Below are positions 28,705 through 42,668 of a DNA stretch of 64,000 nt, one piece after another (position 1 is the first letter of the stretch; each line of letters starts with the position of its first letter). Position numbers and translations under genes: made by a program. The stretch is taken from assembly GCA_002633005.1 (NCBI GenBank), contig NMRA01000093.1:635256-699255 (forward strand). The letters are read 5' to 3'. A model generated the notes under the pieces. It worked only from the letters and a program-made list of their open reading frames with translations, made no database searches and was not told the origin of the DNA. Source of the DNA: Phoronis australis (taxonomy: Eukaryota > Animalia > Phoronida).

Positions 28705-30056
28705 CTGTATTCGCCCGAATAAGCGCCCAGGGCGCTAAGAAAAATTAGTTTCAGGGAGTGGGGCACTTATTATAGTCCAAAGATGTTGTAACACGGTCTT
28801 CAAAACAGGTGAAATCGTAAGCTAGGATTCATCAAATTTATGCTCTGTGACGCATCTGTAACCTAAGACGGACTTTCTACAAAATTTCGGTGCATTGCTA
28901 TCAAACTTTGTTGTTAAATTTTGATCATTTTTCAGAAAATCGTGCTGAAATCCCAGGGCGCTAACTCGCCGACTGATGCGCCGCTGCCTCGCAATCGCCG
29001 ATAGGTCAACTTGAATTCTTGAATAACAATATAGTTTTAACTCAACAAATTACGTAAAGTCTTTCTTAACTTTCAAAATAGCTTCCCTAAGACTTTTAAG
29101 TTCCTGTGGAGGTGGGATTAAGTCCAAGTCTGCGCTAGATCGTACCCCGCAACACAAGAAAAATCTCTGGACAAACACGTTGTTGTCATGTGACATTGGT
29201 TTTGAAGTTCGTCTGTGTGTGTGAGTGAGCGAGCGCGTCGGGTCATCAGAGTTCATTTGCCAGCCAAAGTAAATCCGATATAACGATCTAGGTGTCCACT
29301 GTAACTAAAGAAATAAACACAAGCCGTAAAGCAGAACATGTTTTGTTTAACACATGTTGCTCTCATCTGCTAAAAAACATTCGAGAATTGTCTCGGTAAG
29401 GTCGATATTAAAGGTCATTGAGTCGCTGGGTGACTAGATGCGTAACAGTCCAACAGTTATTTTCCGGGAGATTCAGGGGTGTAAGGGTAAGGAAGTGTTC
29501 ACTATCAGCACAAATTTATTTCTTGCCAATGCTATGCTACCCGGTTCATGAATAGATAGTTCCCAAAGACTAATGTCTTCGATGCCAGGTACTTGCATGT
29601 AGCGCGTGCTTTCTGGCCACGTGCTTTAAACCGTTCAAGGTTTTATTAGTCTTCGATTCGCGGTTTTCACATGTACAAAGAAATTTGGATTCCTGTAGAG
29701 GGAGAAGATCTGACGTGAAAGATACAATACAATCCCTTATGCTGCGTCTGTTCTAAAAGGCCAGACCCTAATGGGACACGTTCCTCGCAAAATCAGCAAA
29801 ACTTCTGCATTCTTTTTGAAGCACGGTAGAAGTTTGAAGCGTATAGTCACGTCTACATACCGACATAGCGGCGAGGTTCGTGGTCAACAAATTCCGTGCA
29901 CAATGATTTTTTAGGACTATCAGATCTTAATGATAAATTGAAGACATTACTGTAGAATTTTAGAACTGTAGGTAAGGCTGGGCGCTTATTTTAGCAAAGT
30001 CTGAAAACGTGTGGGGGAGCTTATATGGGCATGGGCGCTTATTACGGCGAATACGG
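28705..30056. mobile_element. 1.35-kb TA-flanked pogo/Tigger-like (Tc1/mariner superfamily) non-autonomous transposon
   Basis: TA|ctgtattcgcccgaataagcgccc ... gggcgcttattacggcgaatacgg|TA, with extra subterminal gggcgct(t)a motifs at both ends. Confidence 0.85.
29656..29914 (+). pseudogene. Decayed HIRAN-domain ORF inside the transposon
   Basis: Manual translation: IRGFHMYKEIWIPVEGEDLT* / YAASVLKGQTLMGHVPRKISKTSAFFLKHGRSLKRIVTSTYRHSGEVRGQQIPCTMIF*, with one internal stop and one frameshift. Fits the recalled HIRAN pattern (VRGYHxYK.IW.P..GE.L ... YAV.V ... GHVPR.IS ... FL..G ... IPC). Confidence 0.75.
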
Positions 30057-30935
30057 TAATAAAAAACAAGCTGCATTTAGAAAGCCTCAAACTCAGAAAA
30101 TTGAAATTGAATATCTAAAAATCTCTTATAAAATTTTTACATCATGCGAACAAGATTTCAGAGATGAAACCTTGATACTGGAAATAAGTTGCAGGTTTTC
30201 ATCTTCCTCATTCACTGACAAATAGTTCAAGTATACTATATACTAGCTCAGTCAAGCATATTTTTCCCCCAACAACAAAACTGTGTCAAACCTAAAGCGT
30301 GGGAAATAACTGCAGCTTCATCTGAAACAGCAAGAACTAGTTTCCTTAAGTCACCTGAACTACAGCAAACTACAGCAAACTACAGCAAACTACAGACCTC
30401 AGGTTATGTAAGGCAAGGGGACTCGGTGTGGTTTTTACCCAACAATCGAAAAACAGAATTTATTATTTTTAAAAAACACCAGCTACCACATGAAAAGAGC
30501 CGTGCTATTTGTCTGTACTATTAAGTACAAACACTGTGGCCTGTTAATTATACGCATTCTACTTGAGTCCTATATTCATGACTGGGTCATAAAAACGTCA
30601 CATTCAAACTGTGTGGGGCAGCTGATTCACAGGAAAATGGGAAGGATAGCCAAGCATACCAATCCCTTTCAAACTCTCAGCAAAATAATTTGCATGTGTA
30701 GCAATTTTGTAAAATTTCATTAACTTTTCAATTATAATGCGTCCACATATAAATATGTAGGTGCATAAAAAGTGTTATTCACTCGTGGTACTTCTAATGC
30801 TTTCGTATGAAACAAGAATTTTTTGATTTTGAAATTATTCTATTCAGACATCCATTCTCCAGATGGCATGTGAAGCAAGAATTTGAAATTTACGTATTCA
30901 CTAACAGAACCCCACACAGCCCCAACTCAATAATG

Positions 30936-32112
30936 ACAAGACTAACACGGAGCATTGAAATGCGCCCACGATTGCAATGCAAATGTTGTGCTCATAGTAT
31001 CATAAAAATGGCCAGGCGCAGAATACGTCAAACCCGTCCAAAATTGGGAAAGCATAGTCGTCTCTCTATTACAAAACTATATGTCAACTTTCACGAAAAT
31101 CCACCAAGGAACTCCAAAAATAAAGAGGCAGACATAAAAAACACAAATTGCCTTTAGAAGGCATGTGCAGTGGTAGTCGAATCATCTGTTGTCAAGTGAA
31201 TCGGAATAGAATAGACTTGACAAATTGTGATCTTGCAAGGGGTTTAATACATAAGTGCAGATACGAAAATAATGTTACTAGGGGGCACCACAGTAATTGG
31301 ACCCATATAAAAATCCACACCAGTCATGCTCATGTCTGCAGGAACACACCTGCCCCAATTTTCATAACGATTCTCGGAGCGTTTTCGCCGATACAAAAGC
31401 AGACTCAAAAATAATTGTCGTGGCCATTAGGTGGCGTAGAATACGTCAAGTCCATCACAAATTGGAGAGATGCCGTCATCTTCACCATAGAAAATTGTTC
31501 GCAAAGTTCAAGAAAAAACATCGTAACCACTAGGGGATGTCCCTGGTGTCACATCCATCCAAAAATGTCAGCCATGATCTTCTCATCAGGAACACAACTG
31601 CTATGATTCCTAACGATCCTTCGGGCAGTTTGGCAGACACTAAATAACAAATTCAAAGTCATAAAAATGGCTGCTAGGTGATGCATAAGCTGAATCTGTT
31701 GGAAAATGGAAAGACATAGTTGTCGCCTTAATAGAAGCCTATTTGCCAAATTTCAGAAAAAGCTATCAATGAACTCCACCAGGTGGTGCAGAATATGTCA
31801 AATCTGTCTGAAAACGGGAAGGCGTCATTGTCTCTTTGATAGAAACTTATCTGCTAAATTTCATGAAAATCCATCAAGGAACTCAAAAGATAGAGGCAAA
31901 CGTAAAAAACTAAAATTGCCACTTGGGATAGTCGAATCCATCCGAAATTCGTTTTCGTCTGTCATCAGCTTGATAGGAACACATCGCCAGGACACCGTGG
32001 GACGCCAGGACATGAGATGCCTGGACACGGGACGCCTGGACGACTGACACCGGATGTCCAGACAGAGATGACGGCAATATGCACCCACATAAAAACATGT
32101 GGGCGCAAAAAA
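30936..32112 (+). mobile_element. Second Helentron/HINE-like element (same family as 22966-24047)
   Basis: 5' acaag...ttgaaatgcgcccacg; same sub-repeats; ggacac/ggacgcc simple-repeat tract; 3' hairpin gcacccacat-aaaaac-atgtgggcgc plus A-run. A further isolated 3' end lies at ~30738-30771. Confidence 0.65.
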
Positions 32113-34745
32113 TTGAATGTTGTGCAAAAATTGTTTAAAAAGTAAAATATAAAAAGCTCAAAGCCCAAAACAGCTAAGCTCAAAGAAAGTCAGTATCGAG
32201 ATAAAGCAAAGGACAGACTGAACAATAACACATCCCATTGAAGTCACAAAAAGGTCAAACAATACAACAAAGGGCCACAATGTCATAGGTAATACCAAAG
32301 CAATTCTTAACTGGTGCCTACATTTTTGAAGCCATGTAGCATGATTATGTGCCCCCAGTCACTTGCAGGGGGTCCTGTATTTTGAGAACCAGTTTGATGC
32401 CCGTTATTCAGTGGGGGAAACAGGTTCCAACTGAGCTATGAGTTCAGCTCAGCGGCATACCCACTGAAAGTAAGCTGAGCACATACTTCATGTCAAGACA
32501 TGAACAAATGCCCTTTTGCAAAATTAGAAGCAAGGTCAAAATGGTGGATTCTTGTCCCAATTCCCACGTCGCCATGGTGCTAACCTGGTCATCATGCTGG
32601 GTAGAGTTCACAAGCTGTCTCACGGTGGGAAAAATCCAAACAAAATCATGTGTTCTTACACGGCAATATTTCACAGAATTTCGCAAGATCTACCTATTCT
32701 AGCGAGGTACTAGTACATGTTATTGAACTCAAACTTTTCCACACGCAGGCTATAGACATTATGTACGCTAACAGTACATGATGGCAATTTTGTTTCATTA
32801 TTCTGCCGAGTACGAATGGACAACTCAATAATCTTTTATCTAGCTCATCTACTTGCTGTCGTATTTTCATGTTGCAAGCTATGTGCTAGCTTAAACCTTT
32901 CACATGAGGCAGCAGGCAAAGTTTATAGCCCACTACTATTGAGCCTCAGTCTGACCAGACAGGACCTCCTTTAAGGTCAAGGTGTTCATAATTAAGGTTT
33001 CATTGTTATCACTATCATTTTGTTCCCACTGTGTGTACTGTGGTTTATATTTAAGAAACTATTTTAGCATAATACCCTGTTCACACTTAGTAAGCCTCTT
33101 TAACCTTTAACGTTTAAAGGTATTATTTGGTCGGAACACTTTAAAACCAGTTTTAACTGCAGCACAATTATAACCCACTTATGCCATGAAAATACTCTCA
33201 AACTGTTCCTACTCCAAATGGAGGTGATTCCAAAACTTCCAGAGAATAGACAGTTGGTTATTTCTTGAAAGGAATCCAACAGGTAACACAGAGAATGCAA
33301 CAGGTAACAAAGAGAATCCAACAGAGAATGCAAAGTTCACAGCTTGGTATGAGCAAATAATGAACTACCAGTTCTTCCCCAACCCAGGCATGAGACACAT
33401 GTGAGTGGCCTAAATCAAAACTTGTCTTTAGACAGAAAGCAGGGTATAAAGTCGCTTTAAATATGCAACACCTTGACAAATATTAAAACATAATCAACTC
33501 AACCGCCACACATACGTTATTTAAGTAACCCATTTATTCAAAAAGTTCCACAATTATGGGCACGGTAAAATCTCACCAATTTCAAACAAACATAATTCCC
33601 AAAATAACCCTTTTTTGTTTTTCAAGGTCTTCCAAAGTTGTTGCTAATGCTGACAGTTTTTCAAAATATTTTCTGATGGTAGCTGTGGTGTGGTAAAGCA
33701 ATAATTTGATGCAACATAATATTCCGGTATCTTCCATGAAAAAATGAGAAAACAAAATTTCACCAGTCCACCATATTGTGTCATAGATTGGTGTGATTTT
33801 ATCGAATCCATGACTGTAGGGAACTTGCAGACTGTTCTAGGTGGCCTGTTTGGATACAGTATATTACAATAACAATAACCCACATTTCTCTTAATATTGT
33901 TTGGACAAGCATACCAGTATTGTTCACACTGAACAATGATTGATATAGAGTATTTCCCTGAAAGAAAATGATTTGCTAGTGGTTACCTCAAAACAAATTT
34001 AAGCAATGACTTAATATATTTCAAATCAAAGGTACAAAGTCAAGTGGGGCTATTGATGAGTCCAACTCCAGTGCTTGGCAGGAGCCAGAAATTTGTTAAA
34101 TCAACTCCCCCATGTGAAATTATATTTTATAATCCAGAAAAACAGGATTTTGAGACACAGGCAATGGTGGAAAACATCTGTCAATGAATATGATTCTAGA
34201 TACATGCAGTTGTACTTCTATAGTGGTCATAAGTCAGTCTTTCTATTACACCATCAAATGTCAATTTTTTTAACTTTGTTCTCATTGTTGACTGACTACT
34301 AAGAGAACTAGGAGGAATACTGGACCAAACAATCATTAGGGTCCAAGTATTTCCAGGGCACTTGTTGCTCCAAGTATATTACCACCCCCAACACATCAGC
34401 TGTGTATTCTGTGGTTCACATCAGTATCTTGCAGACTGGAATGTGCACTCAAGGCTCAGATTTCACTGACTAGTAGAGTTATGCAAAGGAGCTAACCAGG
34501 ACCAAAATAACTCCCAAGAGCACAGCTAATATTTCCAATAGTGCTCAGGCTAACATCAGGGCTCAGAATAGCATCATGCAGTTGCTCTTGGAGTTGCTAC
34601 TGAGGCATACAAAAAACAATACCATATTCATTCAATTACGTTTCAACAGAAATACTGCAAAATGAAAATTCTGCAATGAAAACATTCAAGTTTTTGACAC
34701 CTTTCTTGTTATCAAAATGCCGGCAAATTTTTACCGATGTGTAGT

Positions 34746-36590
34746 GGGATATAATATAATGTACTATTGGTTTAGGAAAAAAAGCACAACTTGAAATATC
34801 TGTAGATGAAGGGCATCATGTGCTATACATTTTCGAAGGCGAAGAAGAATACATGAGTGCATTTTCAGTGACTGCGACTGATAAAGAGGGAGAATTTCGA
34901 ATAGCAGATATCAACAGGCTAAAATAAATTAGTGAACTTAACCTAATAAAAATGGAAGGGGTTGACCGTGGATTGCATTCCTTTGGTTTTAGATTAATAA
35001 ACCATTGAGTAGGAGTGTATTTCTGTCCACCGAATCCGAGTGTGGAACAAGCGGAAACCACTTTCTAGAGAGCATCATTCAACACCACAAGACTATCACC
35101 CAGCAGCCCTTGTCCCAGAATGAATAGAAACCAGGACTGGGCAGGTACAAAAATGGGTGCTTAGATTTTCAATAGATTACATAATATTCAGTTCTACAAA
35201 AGAACAAAGACTGCTAAACCATGAATAAATATACAAGGCACCAACTATGCAGATCTTCATTATATGCTTTTATGTTTATTTTCATAATTTCTTCATGTGA
35301 TATTGGTTACCTGTTAAAATGTTTTCTTCATACTTAGTAACTAGGGACTGTCAACCAATAACCAAGGTACCTAAACTACACGGTTAACGGACTCATAAAC
35401 ACGGTCACGGACGCATGAAAACGACTCACGGACCTGCAAATACCGTCCACTGACTTACAAACACAGGAACGGACTCACAAAACACGATCCATTCACCCAA
35501 ATACACGGGACACGGACTCACATTCACGAAGAAACACGGTTAACGGACCGCCAAACACGGTTTACGGACGAAATGTANNNNNNNNNNNNNNNNNNNNNNN
35601 NNNNNNNNNNNNNNNNNNNNNNNNNNNNNNNNNNNNNNNNNNNNNNNNNNNNNNNNNNNNNNNNNNNNNNNNNNNNNNNNNNNNNNNNNNNNNNNNNNNN
35701 NNNNNNNNNNNNNNNNNNNNNNNNNNNNNNNNNNNGGGATATAATATAATGTACTATTGGTTTAGGAAAAAAAGCACAACTTGAAATATCTGTAGATGAA
35801 GGGCATCATGTGCTATACATTTTCGAAGGCGGAGAAAAATACATGAGTGCATTTTCAGTGACTGCGACTGATAAAGAGGGAGAATTTTGAATAGCAGATA
35901 TCAACAGGCTAAAATAAATTAGTGAACTTAACCTAATAAAAATGGAAGGGGTTGACCGTGGATTGCATTCCTATGGCTTTAGATTAATAAACCATTGAGT
36001 AGGAGTGTATTTCTGTCCACCGAATCCGAGTGTGGAACAAGCGGAAACCACTTTCTAGAGAGCATCATTCACAAGACTATCACCCAGCATCATTCAACAC
36101 CACAAGACTATCACCCAGCAGCCCTTGTCCCAGAATGAATAGAAACCAGGACTGGGCAGGTACAAGAATGGTTGCTTAGATTTTCAATAGATTACATAAT
36201 ATTCAGTTCTTCAAAAGAACAAAGACTGCTAAACCATGTATAAATATACAAAGCACCAACTATGCAGATCTTCATTATATGCTTTTATGTTTATTTTCAT
36301 AATTTCTTCATGGGATATTGGTTACCTGTTAAAATGCTTTCTTCATACTTAGTAACTAGGGACTGTCAACCAATAACCAAGGTACCTAAACAACAGGTTA
36401 AGGACTCATACACACGGTCACGGACGCATGAACATGACTCACGGACCTGCAAACACGGTCCACTGACTCACAAACACAGGATCGGACTCACAAAACACGA
36501 TCCATTCACCCAAATGCACGGGACACAGACTCACATTCACGAAGAAACACGGTTAACGGACCACCAAACACAGTTTACGGATGAAATGTA
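34746..36590. repeat. ~830-850-bp direct duplication flanking a 158-N gap (34746-35577 / 35736-36590); probable uncollapsed haplotypes
   Basis: Copy 1 ends at the gap and copy 2 begins at the gap; they differ by SNPs and a short indel. Confidence 0.9.
35578..35735. other. Assembly gap (158 N)
   Basis: N run. Confidence 1.
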
Positions 36591-37072
36591 GATGTCAGCT
36601 GACCCAGGAAGCCGATGAGTCTGTGACCAGAAAAAGTTGTTTCACTGGGATCTATCAAATTTTTGTATTAAAAACTGCTCAAAAACTATATCTGGGATTT
36701 TTCGTAACTAGCGCCGATGTTTTTAAATGCAAAATATGTTCAGTATTGGGCACTTTTCATATAATACCACTCTTGATTTTAAATTAAGCGCAGCATAGGA
36801 TGTCATTTGGGGATAATCAGCAACACGTCAAAATATTTGTGGAAACGTTGTACATTATGAAGGTTAACTAAGAGCGCTAATTTACTTCGGAATAAACAAG
36901 TGGATTTAACAGCAAAGGGTAACTTCAGTGTCATCGGATTTATCAGCAGGTGTAATGTATTTTGTTCAAATATACACTATACTATCACTGCAAAAAACAC
37001 TTTAATTTTGAAAAAATGCATCCGGAAACATTGTCAGATGACCACCTTGTGATAACTTCGATGCGCCCCCCC

Positions 37073-37087
37073 NNNNNNNNNNNNNNN
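37073..37087. other. Assembly gap (15 N) after a C-run
   Basis: N run. Confidence 1.
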
Positions 37088-38714
37088 ACTTTGATAGTAC
37101 ACTAATTATGGAAGCCAGTTGGAAAGGTTCAACATACTCAACAGCTTACATAAGAACTCCTCAAGTATTGATGTGTGATTGGTTTAAAACAGCCTTAGGG
37201 GTACAGAATGTGTTACCCACCTTAACAGCCTTAAGGGCCTTTAAATGGGCAACACATTTTATACCATAGGGTAAATTTCCACCATTTCAAAAGTGTTATG
37301 TAAACAATACACTGGGGCAAGGATATGCTACTCCTCCCTCTCTGTGACAATACAGGCACATAACCCAACCTTCTGCTTAAGTCACATTAACTTAGGATCA
37401 CCTGTAAAGACTTTCAAGATGCCAAAATAATCAAATCTATTGTATGTGTGAATTTCAATCATTTCCTTCAGTTCCAAACAATGTCAAATGATGGCCATTG
37501 AGAAGGGTAAGATTAGTTTTAAGACAGATAATAAATTAGTTACATACCTACCTGTACAGTGCTAATGCATTGGATAACCAGACTATTGGGTTTGTTTTTT
37601 TAACTTTAGAGCCTTTCTCTTCACAAGCTGAGCTTGGGTGAGGTCTGCCCACAGACCTGTGTTCATTCCCTAAATGTCCATAAAAGACACCCACACTAAG
37701 TTTGGTATGTAACTGAGGTGCACAGGAACTTAACACAGAGAAGGCACACCTTGATAAGGCCATACCCAGCTGAAGAGATAAAGAATACAAAAGGACAACA
37801 GATGTAGAAAGAACTAGAAACCTTACATAACGGCATTCCTCTCACAAAATGTGATTTGAATTATCTGGGACCTGTTGAAATCTGATGAACTTCGAAACAT
37901 TATATCTCAGAATTGGCCGACTTATTTCAAATGAAACTTTCAGGTAATGGGCCTAATACACTGTTCTCCGATGGAAGGCTGTCAGCTTGTTTGTGGATTG
38001 ATCCTGACCACTTTCACAGGAACGGCTAACAAAACTTTGAACTTTTAAAAATTTTCAGGAAAAACTCAAAAGCTGCATAAAACAAAAACAAATGGACAAT
38101 TAGAAAACTGTATTAAAGTTTCTCAGATTTCATCTTGAATATTTTTCTTAGTAATGAATATGCCTTTCTATATCAATACATGTTATTAAAAGACATGTTC
38201 ACCTGACATTTTTAATGGTATACTCTAAAGCAATAATTATATACTTTTACCACTTTAAATTCTATAGTTTGCAAGATATTTGACAAAATGCATAAACATG
38301 TTCATAAGATCCCACGTAACCTTAAAGTTCTTAAACCCTTCTGAGTGGCACTCTCCTCCCTTGCACACATCAACTACTAAGTCCCCCTCCCTCAAATAGT
38401 TATGTAATCAGTGAGGACTTAAAAAATAGACAGTATGTGTGTCACACCCATGTTCATAAATGACTCTTGAGTGAACATACAAGTAAAAATTTGAGGCATA
38501 TGCCGAGCACAGGTGTGTAACCACAAACAGGAAATTTCAGAAGGAAAATCAATAACCGAAAACTAATGTTGTTTTCACATAATGGAAACTCCGATTTTAT
38601 CAAAACTACATCGAATCTACTGATTCTTCTCCCATAGTAACATCCAAAATGAGCAAAAAGTTTATTCACTGAATTGAATTTAAAAAACAATAAGTTGGAT
38701 TATAGCTTTTAAAG

Positions 38715-39100
38715 TACAACTTGCAAGCTAATTCCTTAATCTATGTGACTGCTTGATCAAATTAGTTAGAAACAAAACATATAGCCATGATGTGAATATG
38801 AAGTACCTTGAAAATTGCCAAATGTTTTAAGAACGAGTTTCGTGTTGAAAATGATCCGTCGTAACTCACTAAACCATGTCCAGTAAGTATTGTGACGAGG
38901 TGTAGGGGAATAACACTGCATGATGCGGGCTATGTGAGCCCCCAAGGTAAGTTATTAGTGCAAAGGTCACCTATTTGCAGATTTTTTTCCCACTTACAAG
39001 CTGTCAATGAACACAACTGCACTAATGTCTAGTGTAGATGATGTTCAAATAGCATTGTCGTTTAGTTCCTGCTATACATTAGCATAGTTAGGAGCAAGCA
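38715..39100 (+). repeat. Dispersed repeat, copy 2 (see 17930-18320)
   Basis: Collinear shared blocks. Confidence 0.8.
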
Positions 39101-39514
39101 AAGACATCTTTAAATAAATCAACGGAAGTTGTGATGACAGCGAAGCTTTCACACTGCCACAAACTCCTCAAGCTACGTTCACACCACATTGGGAAAACAA
39201 CATTTGACATAAAAAAATATCTTTAGAAACATTTTACTATGTTTTTCATCATGAAATTGCAATGCAATTGGCATTTCAGACAGTTGCTTTTGAAGCATTT
39301 TGTAAAACATAGTTAAAACCCGATGTATGATACAAATGTGCCAAACTATAAACCCGACCTATTAATCTTCAGGGATGGGCGTAATTTGAAATCTGCAATG
39401 ATACACATAGCATATAAATTTGATGCCAATATTACTTGGAAATGGACACCAAAACCAAAAGATGTTGGAACAACAAACACTTCTTGTGTTTTTATATGTC
39501 CTCAAATTGATGGC

Positions 39515-39797
39515 TATACACATGATATACACACTGATATACACACCGATATACACACATGATATACATACTGATACACATACTGATATACACACTGATA
39601 TACACATGATATACACTGATATACACACTGATATACACATGATATACACTGATATACACACTGATATACACATGATATACACTGATATACACACTGATAT
39701 ACACATGATATACATGTACTGCTATACACATGATATACACACTGATATACACACTGATATACACACTGAAATACACACTGATATACACACTGATATC
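39515..39797. repeat. Compound minisatellite of TGATATACACAC (12-mer) with 11- and 10-bp variants
   Basis: Directly visible; it explains the five overlapping repetitive ORFs (TDIH, CVYQ, ISVY). Confidence 0.95.
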
Positions 39798-42577
39798 CAG
39801 GACAAAGCAACTGCTGCAGCACAATGTGTTCCGTAGATGCAGGATCACACAAGACGATGCAAACTCACGCAAGACTGTACCCAAATGAAATGTCGGCCAC
39901 AGAAGTGATTAGATACGCCAGGTTAAAATAAAGAATAGAATTTAATGTTTCCATTACAATGAAATATTTGGCCACAGGTGTTTCAGGAGTGTGTTGTCTT
40001 TGGAACACAAACCAGCTTAGGGATTGGGACAAATGAGATCAGCCATAAAGGGTCTGTTTCAAGTCATATTTGATAAAACTATAAAATGTCCCATTAGGCA
40101 TCGAGTAATGGAGGTTTGATGTCTTACCAGTATTTTGCACTGTGCTTAATTTTGACAAAGTATCGGTGCCTGAAACCAACTGCCTGAAACCAACACACAC
40201 CCCCAATTCCCCTGAAGCTCTTCACCCCTTGACATCATTTCCAAAACTACATACAAGTATTTCCTGCAATATAATTCTGATATCTTAGAAACAAATCTCC
40301 CGCCAAAAGTGTTTACTAGTCATTGACTATTTCCAAGAACCTTGCACTTAACAAAACTCTCAAGCTGTTTCATCAAAGGCAAAAATGTCACACCAACACA
40401 AATTCAGACACTAAGTTATTTCTATGTCAAACACTGGTGATTTATGTCTGCCAGTTGAACAAGTTTGTCTGACTGGGTTCATCAATCAGTTCTCCAGGGG
40501 CCTGCTGATCATCCCTTAGTACCAATATGTTATCCAGAACTTTAACAAAGAGCTTTAATTACTCCATTATTATGCCATTTAGATTTCTATGCAGTAATCA
40601 AGTTAAAACTTGTTTCAAAATGTTGTGTTTAAGTTGAAAACAAAAAGGCAAGAGACAATGCGCTGATATCATAAAATAAAGACTTTTAAGTTTAAAAATG
40701 TTCAGTCACTAGAGGGCAGAGCATCAGAGCTATTGACTCAGTGCACTTGACTGACCTCGCTGCTTCTTTCATTGGTAATGCGCCCAAGACATCTGATTGG
40801 TCTTAAAGCTAGACATGCTTCACAGAGACTTAACAATAAATGAAATGTTAAATCAGAATAATTTTTACTTTTAAAAGTTTCCATTTAGGTAATGATTTGT
40901 GATAACACCAATTTCGGTACATGAGTTAGCACTGGTATATACATGTATGGTAGCACCCATAATTTGTTAACAAAAACAATAAAATACTTCTAGCACACTT
41001 CAAAATTACTACGCATTTGCTCAAGAAACAAACTTTACCAATCATACTAGTGGTGGAAATTGGCCTTCCTGTTAATTCGCACATTAGTTGCCGGCAATTT
41101 TTTATCTTTTCATTCACTTCAAAGATTGGCCTCATTACATTTTCCACCATTCTACTTATTTCGCTGGCCCTCGCTTTTTGAAAAACAAAATTATTTATGA
41201 GCCAATAGGTAGAGCGGTGAACCGTACTGGCTTGTATTACATCATTGTCATTTAATTATTCGCATTCACTAGACTGGTGAACTGCAACAAGTGAATTACT
41301 TCAGGGCTCTCACTCACGTGTTTTTAAAATACTTTTCAGAATGCAACGGAGCCAATATTTTCACACTCTAACAACAAGAAAACGAGGGAACTGAGTTTGC
41401 AAGTAGGACTGGACTAGAAGACAATGGTAACTTATAACTTCATCAGTAAGCAAAATATCAGGTTTAAAATCAAATTTAGTAAAACTTGTTTCAAAATTAA
41501 AACATTTTAACGTAGCTTTACAATATTTCCATGATAAATACAATTGACAAATTAGAACTATCTAGCTGAATTTTGGTTAAGTTAAAAAAATTGTTAGCCA
41601 ACATTGATTGACACTGAATTTCATTTTCCATACATTTAAATAATTGATACATAGGTAAAAAATTAGACACTCCAAGTGCTTAGTTTAATAAAATATTCAG
41701 TGATCTTTGATTGATGAAACCCAATCTGTGTATTACATAAGTAAAGGGACAATGCTGAAACATATTACTCGCCATTAATCTCAAAACCAAAGTAGGCCTA
41801 TATAAATATATCAGTTTCATAAAAAACATAGAAAGTCCATTAACAACTAAATAGATTAACTAGTATTTTAGGATCTGTTAACATGGAAACGTAAAGGAAT
41901 GTAATCTAGGGGAAGGACACTCCAACCAATTTCAGAGGAGTCTCAGTGCAGTTCTTGCATTTTACAACATTTTGCTTTCAACATCAAAAACATTGTAATC
42001 CCAAAAGTTTCACATTAGAAAAAAACAGTTAGGGTAATGTTTTTAGGTGCAATTAAACTATCAAAATTCCTCACAAATTTTGGCAGTTGATGGAACAATT
42101 CAAGCGCTGACATTCTTTACCAACCTGAACCATGCTGCCTGATTTTTATCACGGTGGAAATAGTATTCTTATCATGATCACAAATGTAGTCTTAACGAGT
42201 GAAATCCCAGGCAGAGCATGCAGAATGAAACAAAAGCAACATGATAAACTAGAACCCAATCACCAATGTGTAACAATATTAATTTATTGGCATGTTGCTG
42301 AAATGATGAATATCAATCAACCCTGGAAAAGAGTGAGGCCTGGCTATGAGGCCTGCAGTCTCAGTTCAATTGACAGATTACGAAGTCTTGCACTGTTGAT
42401 AACTTAAAAATTTATACTCAAAAATACAATCTAAACTTATAAACCACAGGCAGCACCCCTGACCCAATTTAGCCTCGTGCACATGGGGCCTAGTAGAAAC
42501 TATGTCATAAGTCACGCCTAACGGCAAGTTTGGGGCGTCAACGTGTGCGAGTCCCAAACTTTCAAAAGTGCACTTAC

Positions 42578-42668
42578 CTTGAAAATTAAGTTCACAGTAG
42601 GGGTCACTCTTTCCAAAAGTTTCTTTTGGAACATTTACCGCATTAACTACAATGACAGTTAGAGCCAT
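42578..42668 (-). CDS. MYOF: Ferlin coding exon 1: MALTVIVVNAVNVPKETFGKSDPYCELNFQ(G), start of C2A
   Basis: ATG at 42668, C2 signature GKSDPYC, donor CAAG|GTAAGT, 91 bp, phase 1. Resembles recalled DYSF/MYOF N-termini (MYOF NIPKTKFGKPDP). Confidence 0.92.

Noticed and set aside
37548-37790. ORF with KVKKTNP followed by a donor-like site, as a candidate ferlin exon 2
   Set aside because: The exon at 25544-25599 fits far better in size, phase and NPEW motif.
39323-39884. Five overlapping His/Cys-rich ORFs
   Set aside because: They are translations of a 12-bp minisatellite, open on both strands.
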